64,000 nucleotides of DNA from Candidatus Pacebacteria bacterium CG2_30_36_39 (GCA_001873435.1 MNZB01000004.1:158980-222979); one strand, 5' to 3'; shown: positions 30,108 through 40,408, counted from the first letter of the stretch. Notes: generated by a model not told the origin, from the letters alone. Numbers and translations are program-made.

Positions 30108-30256
30108 GTTTTTCCCTTTTTTTATTTTTATTTTACGTTTTTACTAATTTAGCTCTTATTATGAAAAAAGACGTGACCAAAAATTAGTCCGTCTTCATCA
30201 GTGTTTAGCCAATGGCTATTGTACCACAATTCCCTGTCTAGTTGGGAGTAAATTCT

Positions 30257-31126
30257 TTAAAGGCCAGCTTCCTGTAGTTCTTTAAGAAGATTTTTTTGTT
30301 CTCGAGAAAGTTTTTCTGGTACATCGACCACTATTCTCACATAAAGATCACCATTTCCTCTAGATTTAAGGTGAGAAACACCCTCTCCGCGCAAACGAAT
30401 TAAACTGTGAGACTGTGTTCCTGGTCTAATCTTCATCTTGAGCTTATCTTCCTTCAGGGTAGGGATCTCAATTGTGCCACCCAAAGCAGCTGTGGTAATA
30501 GATATTTTTTCAGTAATAAATACATCATAGCCATCACGTTGGAAACGATCATGAGGTTTTACCTCGATAGTAATATCAAAATCTTCAAAACGAATTCTTG
30601 TGCCATCATTTGCACCAGCGGGAATCTTGACTTTTTGTTTTTGACCTTGGATTTCAACTTCTTTTGTTACGCCATGAACTGCTTCCATAAATTCGATGGT
30701 TAGACCATAGCGCTGGCGCCTGGCTGCTCGAGAAAATCCACCACCAAAGAATGATTCAAAAATTTCAAAAGGATCGTTAAAGTCTATATCTGGACCACCT
30801 TGTCCACCTGATGTTTGATAACTCCAGGTGAATGGACCTCCCTGAGCTCCAGCGAATGGGTTTCCTCCACCTGCTCCACCACCAAAACCGCCTCGAGATG
30901 GGTCAAAGGCTGCATGGCCAAATTGATCATAGGTTTGACGTTTTTGGTCATCAGATAAGACTTGATAAGCTTCATTAATTTCTTTAAATTTTGCCTCAGC
31001 GTCTTTTTCTTTGTTTTTATCTGGATGAAACTTTAAAGCCATTTTGCGATAGGCAGATTTAATTTCTGCCTGAGAAGAGGTTTTGCTTATTCCTAATATA
31101 TCGTAATAATCTCGCTTAGTTGCCAT
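30257..31126 (-). CDS. dnaJ: DnaJ-class chaperone without zinc finger
   Basis: J domain with HPD, G/F-rich region, C-terminal domain; no CxxCxGxG repeats. Confidence 0.9.
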   Translation of the reverse strand: MATKRDYYDILGISKTSSQAEIKSAYRKMALKFHPDKNKEKDAEAKFKEINEAYQVLSDDQKRQTYDQFGHAAFDPSRGGFGGGAGGGNPFAGAQGGPFTWSYQTSGGQGGPDIDFNDPFEIFESFFGGGFSRAARRQRYGLTIEFMEAVHGVTKEVEIQGQKQKVKIPAGANDGTRIRFEDFDITIEVKPHDRFQRDGYDVFITEKISITTAALGGTIEIPTLKEDKLKMKIRPGTQSHSLIRLRGEGVSHLKSRGNGDLYVRIVVDVPEKLSREQKNLLKELQEAGL

Positions 31127-31162
31127 AGATTAAGAGATTGTAACAAGGAAGTCTTAAAAAAT

Positions 31163-31189
31163 TAAGCAGAGAAAATGGATGATTGCTAA
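31163..31189 (-). promoter_or_regulatory. Degenerate CIRCE operator upstream of dnaJ
   Basis: Minus strand TTAGCAATC-N9-CTCTGCTTA versus consensus TTAGCACTC-N9-GAGTGCTAA. Confidence 0.55.
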
Positions 31190-31221
31190 ATATAAAATAA
31201 TTAATATTTAGTCCTATAGTA

Positions 31222-31250
31222 TTGACATATTGGATACTATTTGCTATAAT
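31222..31250 (+). promoter_or_regulatory. Consensus sigma70 promoter of cassette A
   Basis: TTGACA-17 nt-TATAAT, perfect consensus. Confidence 0.9.
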
Positions 31251-31256
31251 TTCTTG

Positions 31257-31481
31257 TTATTTAAAAACTAACATTGCCTACTTCTCAGTAAAATTACTGG
31301 TCGGTAGGGAGTATTAGTTTTAGTCTGGCGGTTGCCGTCAGAATTAAAAATATTCACTCCAGAACCTTAACAACTTCAAGATTATTTTCGAATATTTTCT
31401 CTATTTTGGGGATCAAACTAGCGAGTCTTGATCTCAATGATTGAGGCTTGCTAGTCATATCCCCAAATTTGGAGGCTGCAC
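31257..31481 (+). promoter_or_regulatory. Structured 5' leader of cassette A with boxA-like motif and 5' arm of a long-range stem
   Basis: Hairpins at about 31263-31321, 31324-31342 and 31405-31467; GAACCTTAACAA at 31362; 31366-31382 complementary to 33119-33134; GGAGG SD. Confidence 0.7.
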
Positions 31482-32324
31482 ATGCAGATTCAAAAAAGTT
31501 TTATCCTCTTGGGCTTTGCTTTGCTGATTGTTCTCGCGCCGTTAGGCGTGGCTCAAGCACAAGGCGCTTTGCCCCCGGTTCCGCCTGCTCCTGTAGGCGA
31601 GAACTATATTGTCGACCAGCTCGGATGGCTTAACGCCGACCAGGCTGGAGAAATCAATACCATCGTGACAAATCTCGACCGCGAAGGCCTGGCCGAAATC
31701 GCTATCCTGACTACTACGGATTGCGGTGACGACTATAAGCGCTATCGCTACGAGGTGTTCAACACCTGGGGTGTGGGACATGCAAATGATAACGATGGCT
31801 TGCTCATCGCTGTTTGTTGGGGTGAACCCGGCAAACGCAATATTGAGCAGGAACCGGGCTATGGCATGGAAGGCACTCTCCCCGACCTCTTGCTCAACAA
31901 GGTGGTTAAGGAAGTATATTTGCCTTACCAGACTGCCAAACGAAATGGCGATGGTCTAGTTGCTATGGTGAGAACCTACAACGAAATCATTCGTGGCGGA
32001 AGCTACGAGTCTGCCATGCAAAATGCCCTGCAACCGTTGAAAGATGACGGTCAATATGTGGCCCCAGAAACCAAAGAAATGACCAGTGACGAGGCTTGGG
32101 CGCTTTTATTCGCCACGCCTTTCATGGGTTTGACCTGCGGGATCTGGATCATTATTGCGGTAGTACTGTTTTTCGCTTACTACTTTTATGCCATCTCACA
32201 AGGATGGATTAAGCCTGGTACTGGAAACTATACCGGCGGCAATGATGGCGGCAATGACTCACCCTCCAGTCCGTTTGGAGGTGGAGATAGCGGTGGTGGT
32301 GGAGCATCTACCAACATCGGCTAA
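31482..32324 (+). CDS. TPM-domain (DUF477/YgcG-like) secreted membrane protein
   Basis: Signal peptide ending AQA, IVDQLGWL, WGVG...NDGLLI, GYGMEGTLPD, TM helix, GGGDSGGGGAS tail. Confidence 0.88.
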   Translation: MQIQKSFILLGFALLIVLAPLGVAQAQGALPPVPPAPVGENYIVDQLGWLNADQAGEINTIVTNLDREGLAEIAILTTTDCGDDYKRYRYEVFNTWGVGHANDNDGLLIAVCWGEPGKRNIEQEPGYGMEGTLPDLLLNKVVKEVYLPYQTAKRNGDGLVAMVRTYNEIIRGGSYESAMQNALQPLKDDGQYVAPETKEMTSDEAWALLFATPFMGLTCGIWIIIAVVLFFAYYFYAISQGWIKPGTGNYTGGNDGGNDSPSSPFGGGDSGGGGASTNIG

Positions 32325-32366
32325 AGTAAGACCATATCCAAAAAGCTCAAGGAGCAAAGTAAGACC

Positions 32367-33014
32367 ATGAATAAAACTCTCTTAACAATCGGCGCCGTCT
32401 TAGGCGTCGTGCTCGTCTGTGTCCTGGTTGCCGGCGCCATTTTTGTTAGCGCCTACAACAAACCGATGACGCTCAAGCTCAATGCTGAAGAGCAAATCGG
32501 CAACGTCGCAGTGATGCTTCAGCGCCAAGCTGATGTCGTCATTAATGCGCAAGCTGGCTTCGGTCAGATTGCCGCGTTGGACAATGCGCAGGTATTGGGA
32601 TATGTCGCGGAAGCCAAGGCTATCGGCGGTATGCTTGAACCACTCTGCAAAGATGGTCAGTGCAACCTCCCGGAAGACCCGGCTGAACGACAAAAACTGT
32701 TGGACGCGATGGCTCAGTTTGATAACCAATCCCGCAACTTCATCGCTTATGTGCAGACCCACTCAGAACTGCGCGCCGCAGATGCATTTGATGACATGAT
32801 GATCAGCATTGAGGGTTCCGCCAACCGCGTGAGCACTCAGCGCTTAATCATGAATCAGTACATCGGCGACTACAAAGAACACTGCGTTAATTTCCCTGGC
32901 AGTTTCTTTTGCTCGATGCGCGGGCTGACTGGAAACGAGTTTGGGTTCTACACCGTGGATGAGAGCAAACAAGAGGCTCCCACTCCCGGATACCCAACAC
33001 CCGTTCTGCCCTAA
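32367..33014 (+). CDS. lemA: LemA-family protein
   Basis: N-terminal TM then YN, LQRQADVV, IEGSANRVSTQR, NFPGSF; canonical neighbour of TPM genes. Confidence 0.8.
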   Translation: MNKTLLTIGAVLGVVLVCVLVAGAIFVSAYNKPMTLKLNAEEQIGNVAVMLQRQADVVINAQAGFGQIAALDNAQVLGYVAEAKAIGGMLEPLCKDGQCNLPEDPAERQKLLDAMAQFDNQSRNFIAYVQTHSELRAADAFDDMMISIEGSANRVSTQRLIMNQYIGDYKEHCVNFPGSFFCSMRGLTGNEFGFYTVDESKQEAPTPGYPTPVLP

Positions 33015-33137
33015 ACCTCACTCGCTCTGAGGGCCTATTTAACAAAAATATGCATCAAGAAATTGGATGCAAGTAGAAGTCTCGCTGAAGACTCTGTTAA
33101 AAGGCAAATGAGTGCCATATCTTGAAGTTTTAAGTAT

Positions 33138-33170
33138 AAAAGGCTGCCGGGTTAAACTGGCAGCCTTTTT
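33138..33170 (+). terminator. Intrinsic terminator of cassette A (bidirectional)
   Basis: AAAAGGCTGCCGG-loop-CTGGCAGCCTTTTT. Confidence 0.85.
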
Positions 33171-33199
33171 GCTGCTAATTTCACTTTTTATTAAAAACA

Positions 33200-33460
33200 T
33201 TAATTAACTAAAATATTTTGATGACCTCTTTTTCGCCAAATCTCAACACCATGATCTTCAACAGTAAAAGCATCATAATGATCTCCTGCAGCATTAGTAG
33301 CTACTCTCTCAGTTATTTGATTAACTGATTCAGTAGCATAAAGCAATTGACCACAAGTCCAACAAAAAACTACCAAATCATTTTCTTTTAAGAAATCTTG
33401 TAATTCACTGGGGATTAAATCTTCTTCCTTGATTGGAGCAGTTTTTGCATTTTCAATCAT
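33200..33460 (-). CDS. Hypothetical small protein with possible zinc-binding CxxC and His residues
   Basis: CWTCG and two downstream His; ATG overlaps the upstream TGA (ATGA). Confidence 0.55.
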   Translation of the reverse strand: MIENAKTAPIKEEDLIPSELQDFLKENDLVVFCWTCGQLLYATESVNQITERVATNAAGDHYDAFTVEDHGVEIWRKRGHQNILVN

Positions 33461-35841
33461 AATTTGCCTTTCTTCATATTTAACCACCACCAAATACCCA
33501 TACTAATTGCTGTTAAACCACTAATAATAAAACCAAAAATAAACCATTTTGGATAATAAACAAAAGTCACTACTTGTTCTCCATCATCAAGCTTTACTTT
33601 ACGCATCCCATTAAAATTTTCAATGCTCTTTTCCTCATTATTAATAAATACACGCCAATTATCATCATAACGATCAGCCATAATTAGTGATTCATATCCT
33701 TCATTATTAATAACCAAATCAACTCTTCCAGGAGTTTCTTTTTTTGCAGTAATACCTTGAATACTATTATCTTCGAATCTAAATCTATCCAAAGCTGTTG
33801 GTCTCTCTAAAACCCACCATCTATTATCTTCTCCCACCACTCCAATTAAAGAAAAATTGCTTAAATCTTCATCTAACTTAAACCAACTATCTACTAAATA
33901 GTACTTAACAGCCCAATCATCTAGTAGCTTATTATTTGGATTAATTTGATCAACAAAATTTATTCTTGGCTGGTCTGTAACTTGCCAAATCTTTGCATAA
34001 TCAGATGGTAAAAGAGTTGCATAGCCATTAACTACTGGCAAACCAAATACCATATTCCAATCGGGGGTCATACCATCACGTAAATTCTGCACATGCTTAA
34101 AATCTACCAATTCCTGCTCATCAACAAATGAATCAGAGAATGGAACACGAACAACCATAGCTTCCCAATATGAACCATAGTCTGTATATGGCATGTTGGA
34201 ATTACGAGTTAAAGCGCGATAATGAAACGGCTTATTTTCATCACTTTCCATACCCATTTTTTGCAATAGTTGCTGTGAATTTGGAGTAACAAGATCATAT
34301 ATTTTATTTGGAGCAAAATAGAAAAGACCCTGTGTATTTACCAATAGTTCCAACACTAGAATTAAGGCTACTATTCGTGTTTTCTTTGTCCAAAAAAAAT
34401 ATATTGATGCAATAAAGAATATGCTGTTAAATAGTATATTTCTTAATATTTCGAATACAATAATTTTGTCTCTCTCAAGAGTATGAAAGCTACCACTCGA
34501 AAGCGAAAATGACACGAAAGAATCAAGCCAATGCCAAGCCCATTCAAACCCATAATGCCATCCCAATAAACCAAATAAGCTAGCAATAAACAACCCAATT
34601 CCAAATAATAACCACAACCTAAATTGTTGCTTGGAAAGCTGCCATTTTTGTAAAGCCCTAACAGCCCACAAAATCATTACTACATTAGTCACGATCATCA
34701 CCATACTGGGATAGCGTGCAATTCTAAATAAAGGAAATAGTTTTTGAATAAATTCAAATCCTGGTAGATACTGGCCTAATGAAAAAATCAAGCTAAACAA
34801 AGTTATTAGAAAAAATAGCAATGTCTCTTGGTCTTCTTTAACTAATTTCTTACGATTAATTAACTTAGTTAATGTTACAAAAAAGCTAGTGGCTAATGCC
34901 AACAGACCCAACCAAGTCACATAAATACCAACATTAGGCTGTCCACTCCAAGCTGGCCCCCATTTCATACCACTAGCTGGATTATCAAAGAAATATGGTA
35001 AAACAAACTTAATCAACATTGCTGGCTGCAAAGAACCAACCAATGCTTGGGTAGTTGTTTGCTCCATTCTTGTTGATTTAAATAGCATTTCTGTAAAAGG
35101 AATCCAAGCTATGGCTGAAAGTAATAAAGTTAATAAAGCAGTAATTGTCCAGGGAAAAAACCAAGATTTAGTCCAAGTAGAAAAATTGGTCTTATTATTT
35201 TCTCTCAACCAAACAAATAAAGACAAACCAACAGCCAAAGCAATACCATAAATCACATGCTGAGGATAGCCACCTAAAAATTGTAAGGTAACTGCCAAAG
35301 CAAAAAGAATTTTAGCTGATTTTTCTTTAACAAGCTTTAAGCCTAAGTATGATAAAAGAGGCAGCCACACTAAGGATTGCACAGTAGAAAAATTATTCAT
35401 ACTCCCACTTACCTGGGTAGAAAACATCCATAAACCACCAGCTACTAAGGCCCACCAATGATCTTTAAGCCAATGCTTTACAAGCAAATACATTCCACCA
35501 TAGGCAATTAGAGCGTGAGAAATTAATAATAAATTAAGAGCAATGGCTGGTGGAAAAAAGATAAAAAAGATTGTGCTTGGATAAATAACAGATTGGTTGA
35601 TGTCTGAAAACCAAGGCATACCAGCAAAAACATGAGGATTCCATAATGGCAATACTCCTTGTTTTAGCCATTCAGCAGTAAAAATTTTGCCTGGCATCAT
35701 CAAAGAATAATTGTCTCCAAAAACTAATGTTTTGCCGAATATAAAGGGAAAAAATCTTATGGTAATAAATATTATAAAAAACAACCAAAACTGCCAATGC
35801 ACTGTTTGCCACCATTTTTGCTTTGCTACAGTTTTTGTCAT
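33457..35841 (-). CDS. YfhO-like GT-C membrane glycosyltransferase
   Basis: GVLPLWNPHVFAGMP, many TM helices, C-terminal W...G...V.F.Y.P plus terminal TM. Confidence 0.8.
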   Translation of the reverse strand: MTKTVAKQKWWQTVHWQFWLFFIIFITIRFFPFIFGKTLVFGDNYSLMMPGKIFTAEWLKQGVLPLWNPHVFAGMPWFSDINQSVIYPSTIFFIFFPPAIALNLLLISHALIAYGGMYLLVKHWLKDHWWALVAGGLWMFSTQVSGSMNNFSTVQSLVWLPLLSYLGLKLVKEKSAKILFALAVTLQFLGGYPQHVIYGIALAVGLSLFVWLRENNKTNFSTWTKSWFFPWTITALLTLLLSAIAWIPFTEMLFKSTRMEQTTTQALVGSLQPAMLIKFVLPYFFDNPASGMKWGPAWSGQPNVGIYVTWLGLLALATSFFVTLTKLINRKKLVKEDQETLLFFLITLFSLIFSLGQYLPGFEFIQKLFPLFRIARYPSMVMIVTNVVMILWAVRALQKWQLSKQQFRLWLLFGIGLFIASLFGLLGWHYGFEWAWHWLDSFVSFSLSSGSFHTLERDKIIVFEILRNILFNSIFFIASIYFFWTKKTRIVALILVLELLVNTQGLFYFAPNKIYDLVTPNSQQLLQKMGMESDENKPFHYRALTRNSNMPYTDYGSYWEAMVVRVPFSDSFVDEQELVDFKHVQNLRDGMTPDWNMVFGLPVVNGYATLLPSDYAKIWQVTDQPRINFVDQINPNNKLLDDWAVKYYLVDSWFKLDEDLSNFSLIGVVGEDNRWWVLERPTALDRFRFEDNSIQGITAKKETPGRVDLVINNEGYESLIMADRYDDNWRVFINNEEKSIENFNGMRKVKLDDGEQVVTFVYYPKWFIFGFIISGLTAISMGIWWWLNMKKGKL

Positions 35842-35860
35842 AAAAACTTAAATTAAAAAA

Positions 35861-36556
35861 CTAATGTGGCAACATGCGCAAACCGATAATCATTCTTAAC
35901 GCATCTATGCCATCACGCCACGAAATCTTTTTTCCTTCAGCAAAATCACGACCAACATAGGTAATGGGTACTTCAAAAATTCTCACGCCACGCTTTAATA
36001 GCTTACAAGTAATTTCTGGCTCCATATCAAATTTATTTGATTGGATATCCAACTCACGAAAAACCTTAGTTGGAAGCAACTTGTAACAAGTCTCCATGTC
36101 AGTGAGAGTTGTATCGTACAAAATATTCACAAGAAAATTTAATAAACTATTTCCCAAACGATGCCAAAATAATAAGTTTGAGTGAGGGCCAATAAAGCGA
36201 GAACCATAAACAACATCTACTCTACCTGATTCAACATGTTCCAATAGAGCTGGAATATCACTTGGATCATATTCCAAATCAGCATCTTGAATTAAAGTAT
36301 AATCACCAGTTACTTTCTTCAAACCATATTTGATGGCTGTTCCCTTGCCACCATTAGCTTTTTTAAAATAAGAAATTTTTTTAAGATTCTTATTCTTTGA
36401 ATTAAGAAACTTTTTAATTTCTTTTTCAGTGCCATCAGTACTACCATCATTAACCACAATCACTTCATTGACAGCTGGAACGATTACCAATCTAGTAAGA
36501 ATTTCTCTTACTGTTTTTTCTTCGTTATAAACAGGTACTATCACAGAAAGTTTCAT
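35861..36556 (-). CDS. GT2 glycosyltransferase (polyprenol-phosphate sugar synthase, DPM1-like)
   Basis: VPVYNEE, VNDGSTDGT, IQDADLEYDP, VYGSRF, TDMETCYK. Confidence 0.92.
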   Translation of the reverse strand: MKLSVIVPVYNEEKTVREILTRLVIVPAVNEVIVVNDGSTDGTEKEIKKFLNSKNKNLKKISYFKKANGGKGTAIKYGLKKVTGDYTLIQDADLEYDPSDIPALLEHVESGRVDVVYGSRFIGPHSNLLFWHRLGNSLLNFLVNILYDTTLTDMETCYKLLPTKVFRELDIQSNKFDMEPEITCKLLKRGVRIFEVPITYVGRDFAEGKKISWRDGIDALRMIIGLRMLPH

Positions 36557-36612
36557 TAACTGAGCATATCAATTTTTTATAAGATTTGGGAGGTGGTTTT
36601 GACACAGAAACC

Positions 36613-36641
36613 TTGACTTTATTGCTATTTTATCCTATAAT
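36613..36641 (+). promoter_or_regulatory. Sigma70 promoter of cassette B
   Basis: TTGACT-17 nt-TATAAT. Confidence 0.85.
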
Positions 36642-36647
36642 ATATAG

Positions 36648-36862
36648 ATATTGGATATAAATTACCCCTCTTAACCCATTGCGGGTTGTGGTGGTGGTTT
36701 AGCAACCAATAACAGTTCTTTAACTTATTGAGTAAAAGGTGTTTTAAAAAATTAACTTTTAGCTCACAAGTTTGAAAATTTATTTTATTTGTTTTCAAGC
36801 TTGTGAGTTAAAACAACCTGAGTTGAGTAAATCAACTCAGAGATTAATTTGGAGAAAATACC
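36648..36862 (+). promoter_or_regulatory. Structured 5' leader of cassette B with boxA-like motif
   Basis: TATTGG...CCAATA closed hairpin, GTTCTTTAAC at 36715, long hairpin 36757-36813, hairpin 36818-36840, GGAG SD; 36714-36733 complementary to 37331-37348. Confidence 0.7.
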
Positions 36863-37330
36863 GTGAAAACTAGTAAATACATCCTAACCACTTTGCTCTT
36901 AATCCTTGCTTTTGTCAGCTTCGGCTGCGGAGCAGCCATTGATGATGGCATCTATCAGGTTCAGATCACACTGGAACTTGAAACCGAAGGAACTTCGGTT
37001 GTATCAGCAACGGATCAGCAAAGACAGGACCAAGTTGTGAACTTTGCGCCAGGAGGATATTGGGACTCGTATTATCAAAGAGGAACGTTGAGAGGCACTA
37101 TTGTCTCAGTCGTTTCTAAAAACGAGAAACAAGTCAAAAATAGCGCAGGCTTAGACGCCGGTCAAATCATCATTATTGAGACCATGGATGAAAAAGTGCT
37201 CAGCCTAGTGGCTGGTGACACCGTCAAGCTCGACTGCAGAACAGTACTATTGGACGATGATTCCACACCGGAAGGCGTGCGATACAACGCTCCACACTAC
37301 TGCAAAGTCGTTGAAATTGTCACTAAATAA
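36863..37330 (+). CDS. Putative lipoprotein of unknown function
   Basis: Basic N-terminus, hydrophobic core, SFG-C cleavage-like site; GTG start with SD. Confidence 0.7.
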   Translation: MKTSKYILTTLLLILAFVSFGCGAAIDDGIYQVQITLELETEGTSVVSATDQQRQDQVVNFAPGGYWDSYYQRGTLRGTIVSVVSKNEKQVKNSAGLDAGQIIIIETMDEKVLSLVAGDTVKLDCRTVLLDDDSTPEGVRYNAPHYCKVVEIVTK

Positions 37331-37353
37331 ACTCAATGGTTCAAGACTCAATA

Positions 37354-37385
37354 AAAAAAGCCTTGCTGCAAAGCAAGGCTTTTTT
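37354..37385. terminator. Bidirectional intrinsic terminator
   Basis: AAAAAAGCCTTGC-loop-GCAAGGCTTTTTT between convergent genes. Confidence 0.88.
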
Positions 37386-37400
37386 ACGTCTATTTATGTT

Positions 37401-38405
37401 TTAAAAACTTATTAAATCAAGCACTTTTATCCAGAAACTTTGATCCATGCCTGTAAAATCTCCTGTTTCAGCATCAACAGTATATTGAGCTGCAACTTCA
37501 ACTGGAATAAACCACAGCAATTTTTCTTGTTTTTGAGTAGCAACTTTATATTCCAAGCCATTACCACCTTCAACTAAATCAATATTTTCTTGGTTATAAC
37601 TAAAGTCAGCTTGTTCTTCTAAAATTTGTTTGGCTTTATCAGGTGAAATGCCAAGTTTCACCAAACCAACCACAGTTTCAACAAATACCTCACCATTATC
37701 AGGATCGACTGTTAAAGGTAACTCCACTTGAGCACCCAAAACGCCATCGTTAATTTCCAAATGATCATCTTTATGTCTAATATATAGGTTTCTTTTTTCT
37801 GAAACTTTAATTTTCAACTCTTGTTCTTTAACTTTATATTCAAGTTTTGAAGGTTGTTTTGGATTAACACTTTGTTTAACAGTTACCTCTAATTCTTTAC
37901 CTGCTTTAGTTTTTATCTTCAACTCCTTTAGATCACCAGAACCATAAACCTTGTTTTCCAACTGTAACTCTTGACCTTCTTCGTCATCATGATCTTCACT
38001 TTTTAATTTTCTTTCTTCAATTAATTTACCTGATGAGTCATAAGTCTTCATTTCAACTTCAACTTTACCAGCTTCTTCTTGTCTCTTGATGTAAGTAGTA
38101 CTACCCATAGCATTTTTAATTTCTTCTTCTGAAGAATGATCATCCGCTTGCTCATCTTCATCATCTTTTTCGTCTTCCTGCTCATCCTCATCGTTTTCTT
38201 GTTCTTCTTCTTGTTTATTCTCCTGCTCATCCTCATCGCCCAAAACTTGACCATCACCAAAGATCATTGCCACCAATTCGGTTGTATTTGCTAAAGCTGG
38301 CTTTGAAATATGTTTACCAAACAAAGCAAACATAAATATAAAAAAAATTATTAATAGTAATTTTTTATTATTCATAGTTTTCATTATATGGGTGAAATCT
38401 AACAA
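37401..38405 (-). CDS. Hypothetical secreted protein with acidic low-complexity tract
   Basis: Signal peptide (true start probably MKTMNNKK), D/E tract, C-terminal KLLWFIPV...VDAETG. Confidence 0.7.
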   Translation of the reverse strand: MLDFTHIMKTMNNKKLLLIIFFIFMFALFGKHISKPALANTTELVAMIFGDGQVLGDEDEQENKQEEEQENDEDEQEDEKDDEDEQADDHSSEEEIKNAMGSTTYIKRQEEAGKVEVEMKTYDSSGKLIEERKLKSEDHDDEEGQELQLENKVYGSGDLKELKIKTKAGKELEVTVKQSVNPKQPSKLEYKVKEQELKIKVSEKRNLYIRHKDDHLEINDGVLGAQVELPLTVDPDNGEVFVETVVGLVKLGISPDKAKQILEEQADFSYNQENIDLVEGGNGLEYKVATQKQEKLLWFIPVEVAAQYTVDAETGDFTGMDQSFWIKVLDLISF

Positions 38406-38425
38406 ATTTAAGTGATAAATCTTAC

Positions 38426-38460
38426 AAAAAAGCCCCTACCTTAAACAGTAGGGGCTTTTT
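38426..38460 (-). terminator. Intrinsic terminator of dnaK
   Basis: AAAAAAGCCCCTAC...GTAGGGGCTTTTT. Confidence 0.88.
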
Positions 38461-38485
38461 ATACCTCATCTTTAAAAACTAAACC

Positions 38486-40408
38486 CTATTCATTAACCAC
38501 TTCACCCTCTTCAGCTTCTTTCTTATCATCAGCCTTATCTTCTTTCTTTTCATCTTTGGCTTGACCAGCAGCTCCTTGAGCTTGAGCAGCCTGTGCTTTT
38601 TGCATAGCCTCACCAAGTTTTTGAGCAGAAGTCAAAGTCTCTTCGGAAGCCTTATCTAAATCCTCTTTGGAAACATCATCCTTAGCAGCTAATTCTTTGA
38701 GTTTTTTAATATTTTCCTCAATAGCTTCTTTATCCTTAGGATCAACTTTATCACCATAGTCTTTGACTTGTTTTTCCATCTCAAAAGCAATGCTATTGGC
38801 TTTGTTTTTGGCTTCAATCAAATCTTTTTTGGCCTTATCCTCTTCAGCATGCTGCTCTGCATCGTTCTTCATTTTCTCAACTTCTTCATCAGAAAGATTA
38901 GTACTATTTTGAATAGTAATCTTTTGCTCCTTACCAGAAGTTTTATCTTTAGCAGAAACATTTAGAATACCATTTGAATCAATATCAAAAGTCACTTCTA
39001 CTTGAGGAATACCTCTTGGAGCTGGTGGAATACCATCGAGTACAAAACGACCAAGAGTCTTATTATCTACAGCCATCTGACGTTCACCTTGCAAAACATT
39101 AATCTCTACCTGAGTCTGATTATCAGCCGCAGTAGAAAACACCTGTGACTTGCTAGTTGGAATAGTGGTATTGCGCTCAATCAAAGGAGTGCGAATTCCA
39201 CCCAGAGTCTCCAGACCTAAAGTTAAAGGAGTAACATCAAGTAAAACTACGTCAGTTACATCTCCACCAATAACACCTGCCTGGATAGCAGCGCCAACAG
39301 CTACCACTTCATCTGGATTAACACCCTTATGTGGTTCTTTGCCAAAGAATTTCTCAACTTCTTTTTGAATCTTAGGCATACGAGTTTGACCACCAACTAA
39401 TACAACCTCACTAATATCTTTGGTTTCAACCTTAGCATCTTTCATGGCCTTACGAACTGGTTCAAAAGATTTTTTGATCAAATCATCAACTAATTCTTCA
39501 AGCTTAGCTCTAGTTAAAGTCATAGTTAAATGCAAGGGTTGACCGCCATCACCTTGGGTAATGAAAGGCTGATTAATCTCTGTTTGTTGAGCAGAAGACA
39601 ATTCAATCTTGGCTTTTTCAGCACTATCCTTGACACGTTGCATAGCCTGAGGATCTTTGGAAAGATCTTTGCCTGAATCTTTTTTAAATTCAGCAAGAAT
39701 ATACTCAATAACAGCATTGTCAAAATCATCACCACCAAGAAAAGTATCACCATTAGTAGATTTAACTTCAAAAACACCATCTCCAATCTCTAAAATTGAG
39801 ATATCGAAAGTACCACCACCTAAGTCATAAACAGCAATGGTTTTACTACCTTTTTTATCAAGACCATAGGCCAAGGCAGCGGCAGTTGGCTCATTAACAA
39901 TGCGCTCTACTTTGAGACCAGCAATTTCACCAGCTTGCTTAGTAGCCTGACGTTGAGAGTCATCAAAATATGCTGGCACAGTAATAACAGCTCTCGTAAC
40001 TGTCTCACCCAAGTAACTTTCAGCATCAGCTTTGGCTTTAGCTAAAACCTTAGCAGAAATTTCTTGTGGGGTATAAGCCTTGTTATTAACTTTAACTACC
40101 ACCATCCCATCTTTGCCATCAGTAATATCATAAGCAATATGCTTAAGAGCATTCTGTACAGCCTTATCATTGAGTTTGCGACCCATAAAACGTTTAACAG
40201 AGTGAATAGTAGTTTTTGGATTCATCACCATCTGACGCTTAGCTGCATCACCCACCACTGAATCTTCACCTTTAAAATTTACAATTGAAGGAAAGGTATT
40301 GCGTCCTTCTGCCGTGGCAATAATCTTTGGTGAGCCACCCTCCATTACTGCTACTGCTGAATTTGTGGTACCCAAATCGATACCGATAATTTTGCCTGAG
40401 TTTGCCAT
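38486..40408 (-). CDS. dnaK: Chaperone DnaK
   Basis: [34 protein letters not shown]. Confidence 0.99.
   Translation of the reverse strand: MANSGKIIGIDLGTTNSAVAVMEGGSPKIIATAEGRNTFPSIVNFKGEDSVVGDAAKRQMVMNPKTTIHSVKRFMGRKLNDKAVQNALKHIAYDITDGKDGMVVVKVNNKAYTPQEISAKVLAKAKADAESYLGETVTRAVITVPAYFDDSQRQATKQAGEIAGLKVERIVNEPTAAALAYGLDKKGSKTIAVYDLGGGTFDISILEIGDGVFEVKSTNGDTFLGGDDFDNAVIEYILAEFKKDSGKDLSKDPQAMQRVKDSAEKAKIELSSAQQTEINQPFITQGDGGQPLHLTMTLTRAKLEELVDDLIKKSFEPVRKAMKDAKVETKDISEVVLVGGQTRMPKIQKEVEKFFGKEPHKGVNPDEVVAVGAAIQAGVIGGDVTDVVLLDVTPLTLGLETLGGIRTPLIERNTTIPTSKSQVFSTAADNQTQVEINVLQGERQMAVDNKTLGRFVLDGIPPAPRGIPQVEVTFDIDSNGILNVSAKDKTSGKEQKITIQNSTNLSDEEVEKMKNDAEQHAEEDKAKKDLIEAKNKANSIAFEMEKQVKDYGDKVDPKDKEAIEENIKKLKELAAKDDVSKEDLDKASEETLTSAQKLGEAMQKAQAAQAQGAAGQAKDEKKEDKADDKKEAEEGEVVNE

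Noticed and set aside
31366-33134. Cassette arms as transposon terminal inverted repeats or invertible-switch sites
   Set aside because: The arms lie inside the transcript, differ between cassettes, use G-U and bulged pairing, and I saw no target duplication or transposase.
31361-37348. Cassette arms as integron attC sites (YYYAAC...GTT)
   Set aside because: The TAAC half precedes the gene and the GTT half follows it, the reverse of attC organisation. Each unit has its own promoter and terminator, and the nearby recombinase shows no evident IntI-specific insertion.
38140-38240. Repetitive TCATC/TCTTC tract
   Set aside because: Codons for an Asp/Glu-rich linker, not a DNA repeat element.
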